This document shows positions 1-11,965 of a DNA stretch of 36,030 nt, piece after piece. The first letter of the stretch is position 1; every line of letters begins with the position of its first letter. This DNA is from Halocafeteria seosinensis (Eukaryota): NCBI GenBank assembly GCA_001687465.1, contig LVLI01000202.1:310001-346030 (forward strand), read 5' to 3'. The notes beneath the pieces were generated by a model. It did not search any database, was not told where the DNA came from, and saw nothing but the letters and a program-made list of their open reading frames with translations. The position numbers were made by a program, and so were the translations under genes.

Positions 1-150
1 CTTCAAGACTTTCGGAATATGCTGGGGGCAGACGTTTACTCAAAGCATGCGGAAGAAAGCGAACATTCCGAATCCGATTCTGAAGTTGAGTCTGTATATA
101 GTGATGCGGGAGAATTCGACGCGGGTGCTGCTGATCAGAGACGAACTTGA
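1..150 (+). CDS. Possible 3' end of a gene entering from the left (acidic tail LQDFRNMLGADVYSKHAEESEHSESDSEVESVYSDAGEFDAGAADQRRT*)
   Basis: Frame 1 is open from base 1 to TGA at 148-150 and has a protein-like acidic, Ser-rich composition. No family recognised. Confidence 0.4.
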   Translation, partial: LQDFRNMLGADVYSKHAEESEHSESDSEVESVYSDAGEFDAGAADQRRT

Positions 151-1098
151 GGAGCACATATTTTGTTCCCGTCGCTTCTCTATCAACCGTACCCGTCTAC
201 AAGGTGCATTGAATGTTGAGAACAGTGTTAAGGATGCTCTACTATCATGCAAAACCCCTCATGCAAAACTTGAGTCTATGCGAGCCCTACTGCGTGCCGT
301 CTGGAACGTGCCCTTGAAGGTTGAAAGAAAAGACACCTTTCGAATGCAGAGCTGCATATGGTGACACAGCGCGTATGTTTGCTGGAGCGCGTTTCTCGTA
401 ATGACCAGGTAACGTAGAATCGCTTGAACGCGTTTGTTATTTCAGCAAAAGTGCCGCAGGCCTCATGCCCATTAATGAATATACAACTTCCGACGGACTT
501 GGTCGTAAGGGTCAGTTTTTTTCCTATCCCATTTAGTAAATACTTACTGGAGTCTTGTAGCAAGAGAGCTTCTAGATTACTACACCTGAACAACCAGTGA
601 GTGTTGCAACGGTACTGCAATCGGAGCAGTACACTACAAACTAGAAGGCAAGATGGAATATGTGTCTAGCTAGTGCCGTGCATATAGAGTGGGCAATGAA
701 GGGAACTCAGTCAAGGAAGCTTGGAAGAAAATTCTGGAAACAAAACCAGGTGTCGGGACGTTTGCTTGACTCTTCTTTGCATATGCCATCTGAGAATCCA
801 CATTACATCCAGCGAGTTTGATAAACTTCTTTGGTTTCGACTGCGTTGATCCAACTAGCCAAGAGCGAAGCAGGATTATGGACAGTGTTGTGAGACTCAG
901 CAGCGACTCCAGTCTGTGGTTGAAGTTTGACAAAGCCGGAGCACCAGCGGCAACACTGCTTCATCGTTCCGTTCCGTTAAGCAGAAGAGCTTCGGAGAAT
1001 TTGTGTTATAGTTTTGTTTTTCATTTCGTTTACAGTAGCGCTGTACATATACTATACAGTGACATTATTTGCGGTCTGTACCACTAGTTTCAATCAGA

Positions 1099-3414
1099 AT
1101 GGACCGTGATAAGTTCGGTATTCAGTCCAATGAGGAGCGAGTGCTCCTCGCTCGAGCTCTTGCCGGAAATGGTATGTACTTCCCATAACATGCACTGTAT
1201 TTGACGCTACGTAGAACTCGTATGGACACTAATACCCTCACACGCCATTTGTGAATGCAGAAAAGGAGCTCCGCGATAAGGTAAGAAATTACAAAAAGCC
1301 TGTGGATGCACCCGTTAGGGAGAACCCAAGGGGATCTGAATGTGAAGACCTCTGACTCCCCCCTCACGTGATCCAAGGCACTTCCTGCTCTATCTGCTGC
1401 AATTTGGAACACGGATTCGCATGTTTGTATTCTAATTGATGTTATATTTATCGCAGGCGGTCGAACGAGTGGCTGTTTTACTGCAAGGGATGGATAAAGA
1501 GGGTGAGATGGAATACTTGAAGTTGTGGAAAGCGCTCTTTTATTGTAGGTGGTTGAAGTTGGCAGATTGTGTGTCATTTGCTAGGTTTATAGTGTCCCTT
1601 GAACGTGTTGACGTCATTATTTCAGGCTTTTGGATGTCGGATAAAATGGAAGTGCAACAGCAGCTGGCCACTTTCCTCTCGAAATTGGTAAGAGTTGGGT
1701 TTGTGAAACTCGCGTGCGGGGAGTGGAACTGAATGACTCATACGATACTTTGCAGATACATCGCTGTAAGACGCCTGCACAGTGTGAGCAGTTTGTTAGC
1801 GCGTTTTTCAAAACCATGCAAAAGGAATGGTTAGGGCTGGATAAACACCGGCTTGATAAGTTTCTGATGCTGATCGAATTCTTTGTCAAGGAAATGTTCG
1901 CATACTGCAAGGAGGCGAAGTGGTCACAAGAATCAATTGTTATCGTTGATAAAGTACTTGGTGACCTCGTTCTCTCGAACCAACCAGATGGCATTCGTTT
2001 CCATGTTGCTGATGTCAGTCTTGACCAACTTGTTGATGTGGCGCCGCGGATCACGACGCATGAGTTTACAGAGGTGGCACGTCCATTCTATCGAGTGCTT
2101 GCTGGTGTTGGAGACCATAGCGTGTTTAAAAAGGTCTGCTTGGAGTTTTTTCACCCTCTTACTGGTGTTTTAAAGGATAACTTAAAAGATATTAGCGGTC
2201 AAGTAGAAAAAGAGACAGCGACTACAGACGCATCACTGATGACAATGCAGAACAGGGCTTCTGAAATCCGTCAGGAAGGGTTATTGCCGTTAGGGGAACT
2301 TGATCCTTCGCAGCTCGCAAATTCTGTGTTTAAAATTGCGTCCGATCCAAAAACTCCGCAAGGCAGACGAAAGACCCTTTATAGTATGCATGGGTCTTTG
2401 GAACGACTCGCTGGCAAGTACAACCAGACGTTCGCCTCTGGTAGCTTGGTGTCTGAAAGTGCGACACCTTCTTCGTCCAACCAGAGTCCGGTGCATGAAT
2501 CGTCCGACTCCTCTAAGAAAGGGCATCACCCCACCAATTCCAAGAAAGATGTGTTTGCTTCCCGGTCCGAGAAAAAGAAGCAGCAGCGAAAGAAGAGTGC
2601 TAACGGTCATAACGGGACACAGAAACAGGATTATGACGACGAAACAGATGCACCTACTGATGAAGTCTCGTTTGCAAGAACAGACTCTCCTGTGGTCACT
2701 CGTGGTTCTAAGAAGAAACAGCGCACCCCGAAGTCGAATGCGGATACAAACCAACATTCTGATACAGACATGAATGGAAATTCGTTCATTATAGGTCCCG
2801 ATGAATTAATACAACGTGGCTCCGCGAAAGAATCGAGAATGGCCCGAAAACCTAAGTCACAACAAATGGAAGGAGCTTCAGCTACAACCACCCCGAGCTC
2901 GGAAAAGAAGAAACAATCGAAAGGAACGAAGTCGCATGTATCTGATACAGGCATGTCGGATCTTGTCGCTAGAAGCATTGCAAGTGCTGAAGAACAATTG
3001 ACTGATAGACATGGGGCAGGTGATGACATGGAAGGGATATCTGAGCAAGACCAAGTCGAATCTACCCTTGTGACGCCGAAGACGAAAGGAAAGAAGAAAA
3101 ACAAGCAGTCACGGTCTACCGTAAAAAAGCGAGAGCGAGAGGAGTCGGCTCCGAGTGATTTCACCCCGAGTAAGAGACATGTCCGATTGGCTCCAGACAA
3201 AAATAGCGAAGTGAGTTTTTCAAAATCAGCCAAATCCTTGAGACGGAAATTGCCTAAGTACAGTGAAAGAGAACCTACCGCCACTAAAGGAGTGCTCAAG
3301 AACTCTCCTTCTCCAAACAAAGACTTCATAAGCTCGTTACCCTCCATGTCTGACCTAGAGAAGGAAAGTCGGAAGACACCCAAGAAAGGAAAAAAACAGA
3401 AGAAGAGCAAATGA
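1099..3414 (+). CDS. RRP1: Ribosomal RNA processing protein 1 (Nop52/RRP1 family), 5 exons, long Lys/Ser-rich tail
   Basis: Exons 1099-1171, 1261-1280, 1457-1544, 1626-1688 and 1756-3414 join through GT-AG introns. They give LARALAGNEKELRDKAV..YLKLWKALFYCFWMSDK..QQQLA..FFKTMQKEWLGLDKHRLDKFLMLI, the Nop52 domain signature. Confidence 0.92.
1298..1414 (+). ncRNA. Candidate intronic snoRNA-like RNA in RRP1 intron 2
   Basis: The intron is 176 nt, about twice the length of its neighbours. It holds a long hairpin (1298-1379) whose internal loop has two segments antisense to adjacent conserved 18S rRNA sequence, with ACA at 1409-1411. No canonical H box or C box. Confidence 0.45.
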
Positions 3415-3465
3415 GACAAGAATCCCTTGTGTATTGTCCGACATGCCATTGATGGAACTGATAGA

Positions 3466-6400
3466 TTAGTTCCCCCTATGCTTGCCTATTTCGGTGTAAA
3501 TGGTGCTGACTGTAACTAAATTACGTCGAAAATCTGGATTTTCAGGAAACGCCTTTTTCAAGATGGCCTGAAAACGCGTGTAGTAAAGCAAGAACTGGGC
3601 TAAGGTCTTCTTGAAAATATCGGATCCGTTTGATGAATTGCCATAGAAAGCCTTAACATTATGATCCAAATGGGATATCCTTTGCTGCCAATTGCTGATG
3701 AAATCATTGGCTACATCTCTTGCCTCATCTCTAGTAATATCCGGATTAACGTCAGGGATACTTTGGGCGGCCACGCCCGCCGTAGATTCTGCATGAAACT
3801 GGCCAGAGGAATCCACACCTGTGTTGCCGGCGCCGCTATCGGGCGCCTCTCCCTCTGATGCTTTTTCCCGCATATGGCGTTCGACGCGGGAGACAAAGTC
3901 TATCATTTTTCCGAAGTGCTTCCGTAGTTCTTCCTCAACAAAGTGTTTGATACGGACGTCTAAAAGCTCTTGGAAGGCAGCAACATCTTGCTGCGAAACC
4001 TGCCTCTCCTTGGCAACATTGACACAATGCTGTAAATTATTAATAGTAAACGCTAGTTTCTTTTCCGAAGATTCAAATTTGTGCCCCATACGATTCCACA
4101 ACTGTTCCATTTCCCGTCGTAGAATTGTCCTGTATACACGCATAAATGATGAGAACTGTATTAGTGGTGCTAAGCAGAGCAAAAGCCTTACAGATTATGC
4201 ATCATCATCTCGTCACTTAGTCCGATGGATTGCAAAGAACGATGCAGCCACAGTATGGACGCACAAAACTCTGCATAGCGCTGAGTGACATAGTGAGGAG
4301 CCAAATCGATTCTCCCTAGTTTAGAAGGATCCGCATTACGGACAGAATTCAAGTTGGCATCAAAAACGAATTTAAAACGCGGCCAGAGGAGCATGTTCAC
4401 ACGATCAAAGTAATTGTCAAGGCACCGCATGCCGCGCTCTTCCATAGTTGAACGGTGCTGTTGAGTCATGTGGATCAGAATCAGCAACCCTACCCCATCA
4501 TAGGAATTGAATAGAAAATCTTCTAAGTTTTCCAAGATATGAGAAATTGTCTTTGAGAATACCTGTGTAAATATATCATTGCCATGCTTGTTGCCAAAGA
4601 ACGATATATCGAACGAGAATTCAGCACTGGCAGCGTCCATTAGATGTCTCTGGACATTGCGAAAAAGCACTTCGAAAGGAAACCGCTTTTTTTGAGCTTG
4701 GGCTATGTGCGCCGCCACTGGTGCAGCATCAGCATCATCCAGTACGGACTTCCTCTCACCAATTACAAACGCATCAGTGCGCTTGCTGGACTCAACACGA
4801 CCACCAAACAGTCCACGAGTAACAGTTTGTTCTACAGCAATGAGGTCATATTTCGTTGCCACCGGAATTTGTAGCTTATGCAGAGCATTTTGATAGCTCC
4901 TGAAAGTTGCATGCAACGTGCGCCCCATACATTCAACATAGGCCACGCGAATCTCAAGAGCGATGTCCGGAGCATGATGCTCCAAGAACTCGTACAGCTG
5001 CACTTTTTAATTCTGATACACGAACGCATAGAAGCTCATATGTCAGCAAACGAACTTACGTATTTCATTTTGAGCAGAACATATTCTTGCTGTTTTTGAA
5101 TATTCAATTTTGGCTTCCGTAATTCCGCAATTTTGTGTAGAAGATACTCCCGAATCTGGCATCACATTGGTGAGCTTTACACACAAAAAGCCGACGGAAA
5201 TCTGAATGTAGCTACGTACCCTTGTGACCGCCTTCACACGGAGTTTTTCAAGAGTAGGTAGTGCATCTTGACCAGCTAGAGTATCCGCGGGATCGACACC
5301 TAATTCAGCGTAGGGGTTTGCTTCCTCAACATCGGCCTCTTCGTCCTGGCTTCCTTCAGGCGAGCTTTCTTTATAATGATGATGCGTTGGACGATCTCCA
5401 TGGGGACGTCGATTATAGCGGATTTTCTTCGAGAGCGCCTTTAAATTTTCTACCCAGGTAGTGTCTATTTGTTCATCGCAAATGGAATGAATGAGTTCTT
5501 CCGAGACCGCTACCTTGTCTAGAAACGCTCGTAGTCGGTCGGCAACTTCCCTCCGATTCTTCAATTTGACATTCATGTTGAGCGACTCGTTTTGGAGTGT
5601 CTTGATTTCATCACTGATACCACCAAGGTTAGACTGGAATTTTCCAAGCATATCCTGCATATGTTGCAGGATAGATTCACACTGGTTTAGTTCTTGATAC
5701 AATCCGGCCACGCCGTCAGCGTTGTCGATGTCTGTAGTGTACAAAAAGAGTGTGACCAATCTGCTATCATCTGTTAAAAACAAACTGCCTGTATTGACAC
5801 TTACAATCGCTTATTGTGTCTACCTCTACATCCTCTAATTCTCCGTCGATCTGTCGGGCATACTGCCTTAGGTCGACACCCTGTCCAAACAAACGTAACA
5901 CAGAAACAGAAAACATACATCAAGATGGAGTTGATACCACTTTGTTCAATTTTCAGTACCTTTTCCAGAGCTTCTTTGACGATATCGACCTTCTGAAACT
6001 TTTCCAGGTCTTCTGTAAAACCAAACGAAATACGTATGCATCCTCAAGTAAATAACCAGTAAGAACCGAAGACAACTCACGGTCAATTTCACTAAAATCG
6101 ACATCTTCCGTTGTGATATCCAGGTCGCTGAAATCGAAATGGAACTGCACCCGACCAACAGAAGCCAAAATTTTGGCAATGATAAATTGGTCAACCAACA
6201 CCACAATCACCAAGACATTACATACATTGGCATCAACTGGATCTTCTTCCGCCGATGCAGCTGCTGCGGCGCCTCCTCCTTGGGAATGCTTCGCCCCAGT
6301 TGAGTTATGAGAGTGATCAGATCCACCAACCGGTGGTCTACTGGGAGCTTGATCTTCTGCAGAAGCTGATGTGGCTCGATGGTCTCCTGAAGAGCCACTA

Positions 6401-6522
6401 TGGGAGAATAAACTCGCTCGATTGCGCTCTTCTTCCGCCTGCTCCTCCTTAGATTTCGCCTTTATACCTTGGTAGCTGCTCCTCCTTTCCTCCTTTTGGT
6501 CATCGCGGGCCGTGGAACTCAT
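3466..6522 (-). CDS. VPS52: Vacuolar protein sorting-associated protein 52 (GARP/EARP subunit), multi-exon
   Basis: Spliced reading gives GVDLRQYARQIDGELEDVEVDTISDY..LYQELNQCESILQHMQDMLGKFQSNLGGISDEIKTLQ..LKNRR, then RFPFEVLFR..LMDAASAEF, LLWPRFKFVFDANLNSV, PHYVTQRYAEF and QFLLYYTRF. ATG at 6522, TAA at 3466-3468. Confidence 0.93.
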
Positions 6523-6743
6523 TATATCCTTCTGTAAAATGTTAATAGAGTCATACAACACATCAAATATCCATCAACTCGAGGCGTTTAATGGATGGTA
6601 TCGCGAACGCAGCAATCTTTCCGTCTACTTATCTCATGCAATCATTGAAACCCCTTACATAATGCGTTGTTAGATGAATAGTATCGTTATATAGATATAT
6701 TTAGCCTCATATCTCTTTATTGGTCCGGCGAGTGGTGAAAAAT

Positions 6744-8394
6744 ATGGAAGGAGTCGGTAGTAATGGCGCATCCTCCTCCTCCTCAGCACCTGCCTCCGAC
6801 ACGATGAGGACTACAATGGCCACTAATACCCCCGATACAGAGCCTCAGCATGCAGCCAAGCGTGCTCGACTCAATGGGGATGGAGTACAGAGCCAGAGCC
6901 ACCACCAACTTGAGCAACCTGTGGAGGAAGACGAGCAGCAAGTCGACTTATCCTCGTTGCCACATTGGAGACGTGCCATTGGAAATGACTTCTCACTTTA
7001 TAGAACCTGTATTGACATGATTTCGCGTTTTCCGAGGCGAAGCTTGAAGCATTGGGATGTGACTTGGCACCGCTATAACCACCTTCCCATGAAACGAAGG
7101 AACCTGAAAGGAATGAAACATGACATCATCGAGGCTGTCTTGAAAGCCAGGAATATGTCGGATGGTACGTGCAGTCAAGACCTTGTATGATAAAAAGAAG
7201 GGAACTATTCCCTCCGTGGGTACATACGTATCCTTGCCACCTTTCCTGCAGAAGCAATCCCTTCGTCGTTTTTCGATTCCTCATTAGAAGAGTTATGCCT
7301 GGCCGGCGGCGCGAGATTGACCAGCACCAAACTAAATCATGTATGTATTCTATGGCCAATGCTACGGAACAGTACTGTTGATGGAGCATGAATACTTTTC
7401 TGCCTCATTTCAATGGAAACGTGCCAGATTGCTCGTCACTGTCGTAATCTTATTCGGCTCGATCTCCGTGGATGCTTCTATTTGGATAATAATGGTCTCG
7501 ATAACATTCTGCAACAGTGCCAAAAACTGAAATACATCGGAATACAGGGATGCCGAAAATTGAGCAATACTGCAGTGAATAGTTTATGTAACCACGAGCA
7601 CCTAGAAGGGATAGATATTGGTGGATGCTACAACATCAGTGGAGATATAATCCGCCACTTGATCTCGCACCATCCTAATCGCCAACATTTTACGGAGCTT
7701 GGGGTGTCTGGAGCTGCCGCTTCTAACGATGAACTGGCAGAGTTGATAACGGAGAAAATGGCTAACCTTGAGACTTTGCGACTTGGATACTTTGAAGTAT
7801 GTGTTGTACTTGGTTAAATCGATGTGGTAACTGTAATGAGTACCTTAGTTCTCCTCAGGGCTCCGATAAGGGGATTGATATATTGAGCAAGCAGCTTGGG
7901 AGACTGAAGTATCTGCAAGTACACTGGAGCAATTCCATAACGTATGTTTGAATGCGTATCTCGATGCTTTCTAGTGTCTTGCTTCATAAAGTCTGCTGTA
8001 GCAGTGATAACGCACTTTTGACGCTTGGGAGGAATGCGGTCAAATTAGAATGCCTTGATATCACTGGCTGTGAAGCGTTCACTCCGGAGGTAGGTGCTGA
8101 CCATGGAGTAGTCTGGAGTAACGAGTATTCTTCATACCACCCGTATGCTGCACACAGGGGATACAAAATTTTCTATCAATGAGGACTCCACTTCCGAATT
8201 CGGATGAAGAGAGTGAAAACAAGAATCTGCAAAAACTCGTTGCGCCATTCGCCCCGTAAGTTGTCGAAGTCATCTTGCTCGGTAACGCAATGGGTATTAC
8301 GTCCTGAATTGTTCTCTGTTACAGAATCGATACGGCATTTCAGACGTTTGTTTCCGAGAGCTACCCGATTCTTACTCTACAAGTTAATCCATAG
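6744..8394 (+). CDS. Leucine-rich repeat protein (cysteine-containing RNI-like LRRs, AMN1/FBXL-like)
   Basis: Repeats CRNLIRLDLRGCFYLDNNGL, CQKLKYIGIQGCRKLSNTAV, LEGIDIGGCYNISGD and LECLDITGCEAFTPEGI. Six GT-AG introns keep the frame to TAG at 8392-8394. No clear F-box seen. Confidence 0.8.
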
Positions 8395-8415
8395 TAGCAT
8401 TCTACTCTACGGTTT

Positions 8416-11400
8416 TTATTCCTTTCCATTTGTAGGATACTTCAACTTGCGGAGTAAGCCACCGGGGGCCTTGCTTTTTCCATAATTGCGTCCCTGTTCG
8501 GTGGAACTCCCCAAAGGTTTTGTGTCGGTCAACAGTCGAGGCGTGTTCGTTGGCTGTGATGAAGAACTTGTATCATCGAGGCTAGCATCTGGATGAGATA
8601 GACTCCCCTTCTTGTGGGCTTGCGCACTTTGAGGCTTCGATGGATCTTCAGACACTGATTCTCGCGAATGAATGGTCCTCTTCAAACGAGATAGGAAACT
8701 GGAGTCGTGATCGCTTGAACGAGCAGATTCGCGAGAAGAATTTCGCTGAGTTGGAGCATCCGCCACGCTTGAAGGCCGAGAGAGGTCTGGAGAACTGGCT
8801 TTCCTCGTCGGCTTTTCTTGTAAGTTGGGTGAGGCACTGGCGGTTGATCGTGCCGATCTGCAGCCATCACTATTTGCCGGGGACTGGTGGGAGTCAGCAA
8901 ACAGCTGGCCTTCGAGGGTCCGAATTCGATTAGCTTGCAGGGTCAATTGCTGAACCGTTCGCTGTAATCTTCCTGTCAAATCAGCATAGCTCGTGGTTTG
9001 ACTTTCGTTTGTATTCTGGATCTGTAGCTCACTGTTGGGAGTGCTGGCAAAACTACACCCCTGTTGTCGCTCTTGGCGACGCTGTAAAATTTTGTTCCTT
9101 ACAGACTCCCGTCGCGCTCTTCTTTTGGCCTGGAAGTCATCAGGGGAGAGCAACTGGCTTTCATTGTCGGCATGAGTCGCCGGGCAATTAGTGCTTTGAT
9201 GTCGCTCATCTTCTAAGCCGCTAGAGTCTGCACCTTCGCCGACCTCCCAGAACGTTCGCCTTTCTCTTAATGCTTGCGAAAGCTGCTTAATATTTTCCAC
9301 TTTGGGTATACGAAATAAACTTCCTCCCATCGAAATGCGGGGAACCTTTCTGCTTATACCAGCATCAGGAGTTTCCCTGGGAGACGTCCAAGCGGACCTA
9401 GTGAGGGAACCTGTTTCAGTACATTCCTCATTACTCCGAGTCTGCCTTTTCATCCCCGACGTTTCTTTGTCCGCGAGGGAATTTCGAGGTGAGATGTCGT
9501 CTGCTGATGTTTCGGAAGATGCATTGTTACTGTACTTCTTCAGATGGTCGATCTCTTTGCGCGCGTCCTCCAGCTGCACAACGGTTAAAATGAAGCACAA
9601 GTCGAAATATATTCACGTTAAGACATAATACTAACCTGCTTCTTTAATTCTTGGGTTTCCATGCCTTGGTTGGCTGCGTCTACTTCTGCTTCAGATGCAT
9701 TGGTCATGGCACTCGCAAGCTGTTTCTTAAGACTTGAGCAGCGCGTTCGTAGAGTTTCAATTTCTGCAGCTGCTTCTTCTGATATTTCTAGAACGGAATT
9801 GAATTTCTGTTCGTATTGCTCCTTTTCTTGCTCATGCCGTTTGCGTTCGCTGTCTAGCTCTTCTTCCAATTTCGATACCCTATGTTGCAGTTCCTTATTG
9901 TCAGCTCTTAGGTGGATAGACTCAGTTGACCAGTTCGAGTAGCCTTGGGTTTCGCTTGTTTCCCATGCGCTCTTCGTCAGAGAGTCTTCGGCTGTACTTC
10001 CCACTCTTTCACTGGTTCCATTTCTCTTATAACTACCTTTTCCAAGCTGTTCCTTCAGAGATCTATTGTTTCGTTCGATCATGGAGATATACTGCAACGC
10101 TACATGGCATGAGATTTCGGTTTAAGGATACAGTATCGGACGTTTGTCAACCTACTTTGAGAAGTGATTCGATTTTTCCTTCCAGCTCTTCCGGTGATAG
10201 CTCGCGATTTATCTTAACAGTGTTCTGGATAGTCTTAGCACAAGCGCCAAATCGCAAGGTAGATAATGACTCGTCCGAATCATTCTGTGCAAACGTAAGC
10301 TTCATTCTTAAAATATGTGACGCATCATTCCCATCTTGGACGGTGTACGTACCTTCGCCGGTGACACGTTAATGAGCAACGTTGTTTTCGTGTTACCACC
10401 TAGAGATTCCTTGAGCACATGCGTGAGCTTAGAGTCTCTGTAAGGTATATGGCTCCTTTGTGCATCTGTCAACGCGTGGATGCAGTTTCCTAGAGCTGAA
10501 AGAGACTGGTTTATTGAACGAGCCTCCTTGAGGGAATTGCCAGTCACATTCGACCGTCCTACTCTTTCCGAACCTGCTAAATCAACCAGATTTAGAGTTG
10601 CAACGGTACTTGACCCATCCGTGGAAATTTGTGTCAGTGTAAGCATGAAAATTGCATGCGAACGTGAACTTTGCTCATTCATGTCTGTAAATGTGGTTTT
10701 ACGGCGCTGAAACCCCGTCTCAAGCAAACGTAGAACGTCTTCCGCGGAGGACACCGTCTTCTTCGTCAGACCTTCGACGGTGACTCCTTTCCTACTGTTT
10801 TCCCTTATTTTGAGCTGCCTTCTTGTACCTGTTAGTAGATCCTGAGCCACTTCATTGTAGAGCTCGAGATAACTGCATTTTACGGAGTATTCACTCTCCA
10901 TGTTGCCGGTGGCTTCCGCGCCGGTCTGCTCATCGGTAGAAGCATTAGCAGTCGTGAACTGCTCTTTTTCTCTCCTCTTAATCGATGCAAATAGCGCATT
11001 CGTTATTCGAGGTGTTAATCCTGAAAGAGAGGAAATCTCAGCAGAGTCGAGCTCCCCAAACATAGTATGTGTCTTCCCGGATCCAGTTTGTCCGTATGCG
11101 AAGATCGTGGCTGCAGGAAAAACAAGAAGTCCAACTGGCTGGCAGTCGTACCACACATGACCTTGAGAGACATACTATTGTATCCCTTTAACAGATCCTC
11201 AATGGCCTGTACACAATTTGGAATGGTAAAGGAAGAAGTCCTCAGGCAGTAACTGCTGTCGCACTTACAGGATGTCCTACGGAATCGAATATTTGTTGCT
11301 GCTCAGCTTTCTGAAGACTGTCACTCCATCAGCAGTAGGAGAGAAGTAAGCATAGCAAAATCAAAACAATTGAGTGAAAACAATCGACGTACAATATTCC

Positions 11401-11556
11401 ATCATACGTATAAGAGGAGTCCCCGCATTTAATTAGGCACTTATCTTGGTCAATGACCAGTGTCTCATTGCGTTCTTCCCTTCTTCCCGCCAATAGAGGC
11501 CTGACACGAGCTAATACTCTCACCCTGTATGATGTAGAAATATTGCTGTCCTCCAT
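8416..11556 (-). CDS. Kinesin motor protein (N-terminal motor, coiled coil, disordered tail); subfamily uncertain
   Basis: VRVLARVRP, P-loop FAYGQTGSGKTHTM, switch I NEQSSRSH, switch II LVDLAGSER and HIPYRDSKLTHVLKESLGGNTKT are all intact. Multi-exon. Confidence 0.92.
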
Positions 11557-11965
11557 TTTATCGTTTAGAGCCCCCGATATCCTTCTCAAGCAAAATTGTA
11601 GCCAGTTGCTCCGTGGCAATAAGCACCGCGGCGGCTAATAGCAATGCTAGTGACCCTTACAAGAGGAAATAAGTGGTACAATACCACATACTGAATTTAA
11701 GCCATCACCGAACCCGGAAGACAATTGCATGGCAATGTGTATGTGTCTGTGAGAGCAGCCGGCTTGTTTTCCGTCTTAACGCTTATCGTATGTTGAACTT
11801 GACACAACAGTCACTGTTGAATGAACAGTCTGAATCTCCGCAGAGAACCCACACAAAAAAGCGGCTCATACGTCCTCTTGAATGCACTACGAGTTTAACC
11901 GAGTACTGTGGTGTGTGAGTTGTCCGTATGTATTTATTCAACACGCAGACGCTCACAGGAAAACG

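Noticed and set aside
2631..3449. Long antisense ORFs (2631-3449, 31751-32431, 35351-35986 and others)
   Set aside because: They are shadows of low-complexity coding sequence on the opposite strand, with no independent motifs.
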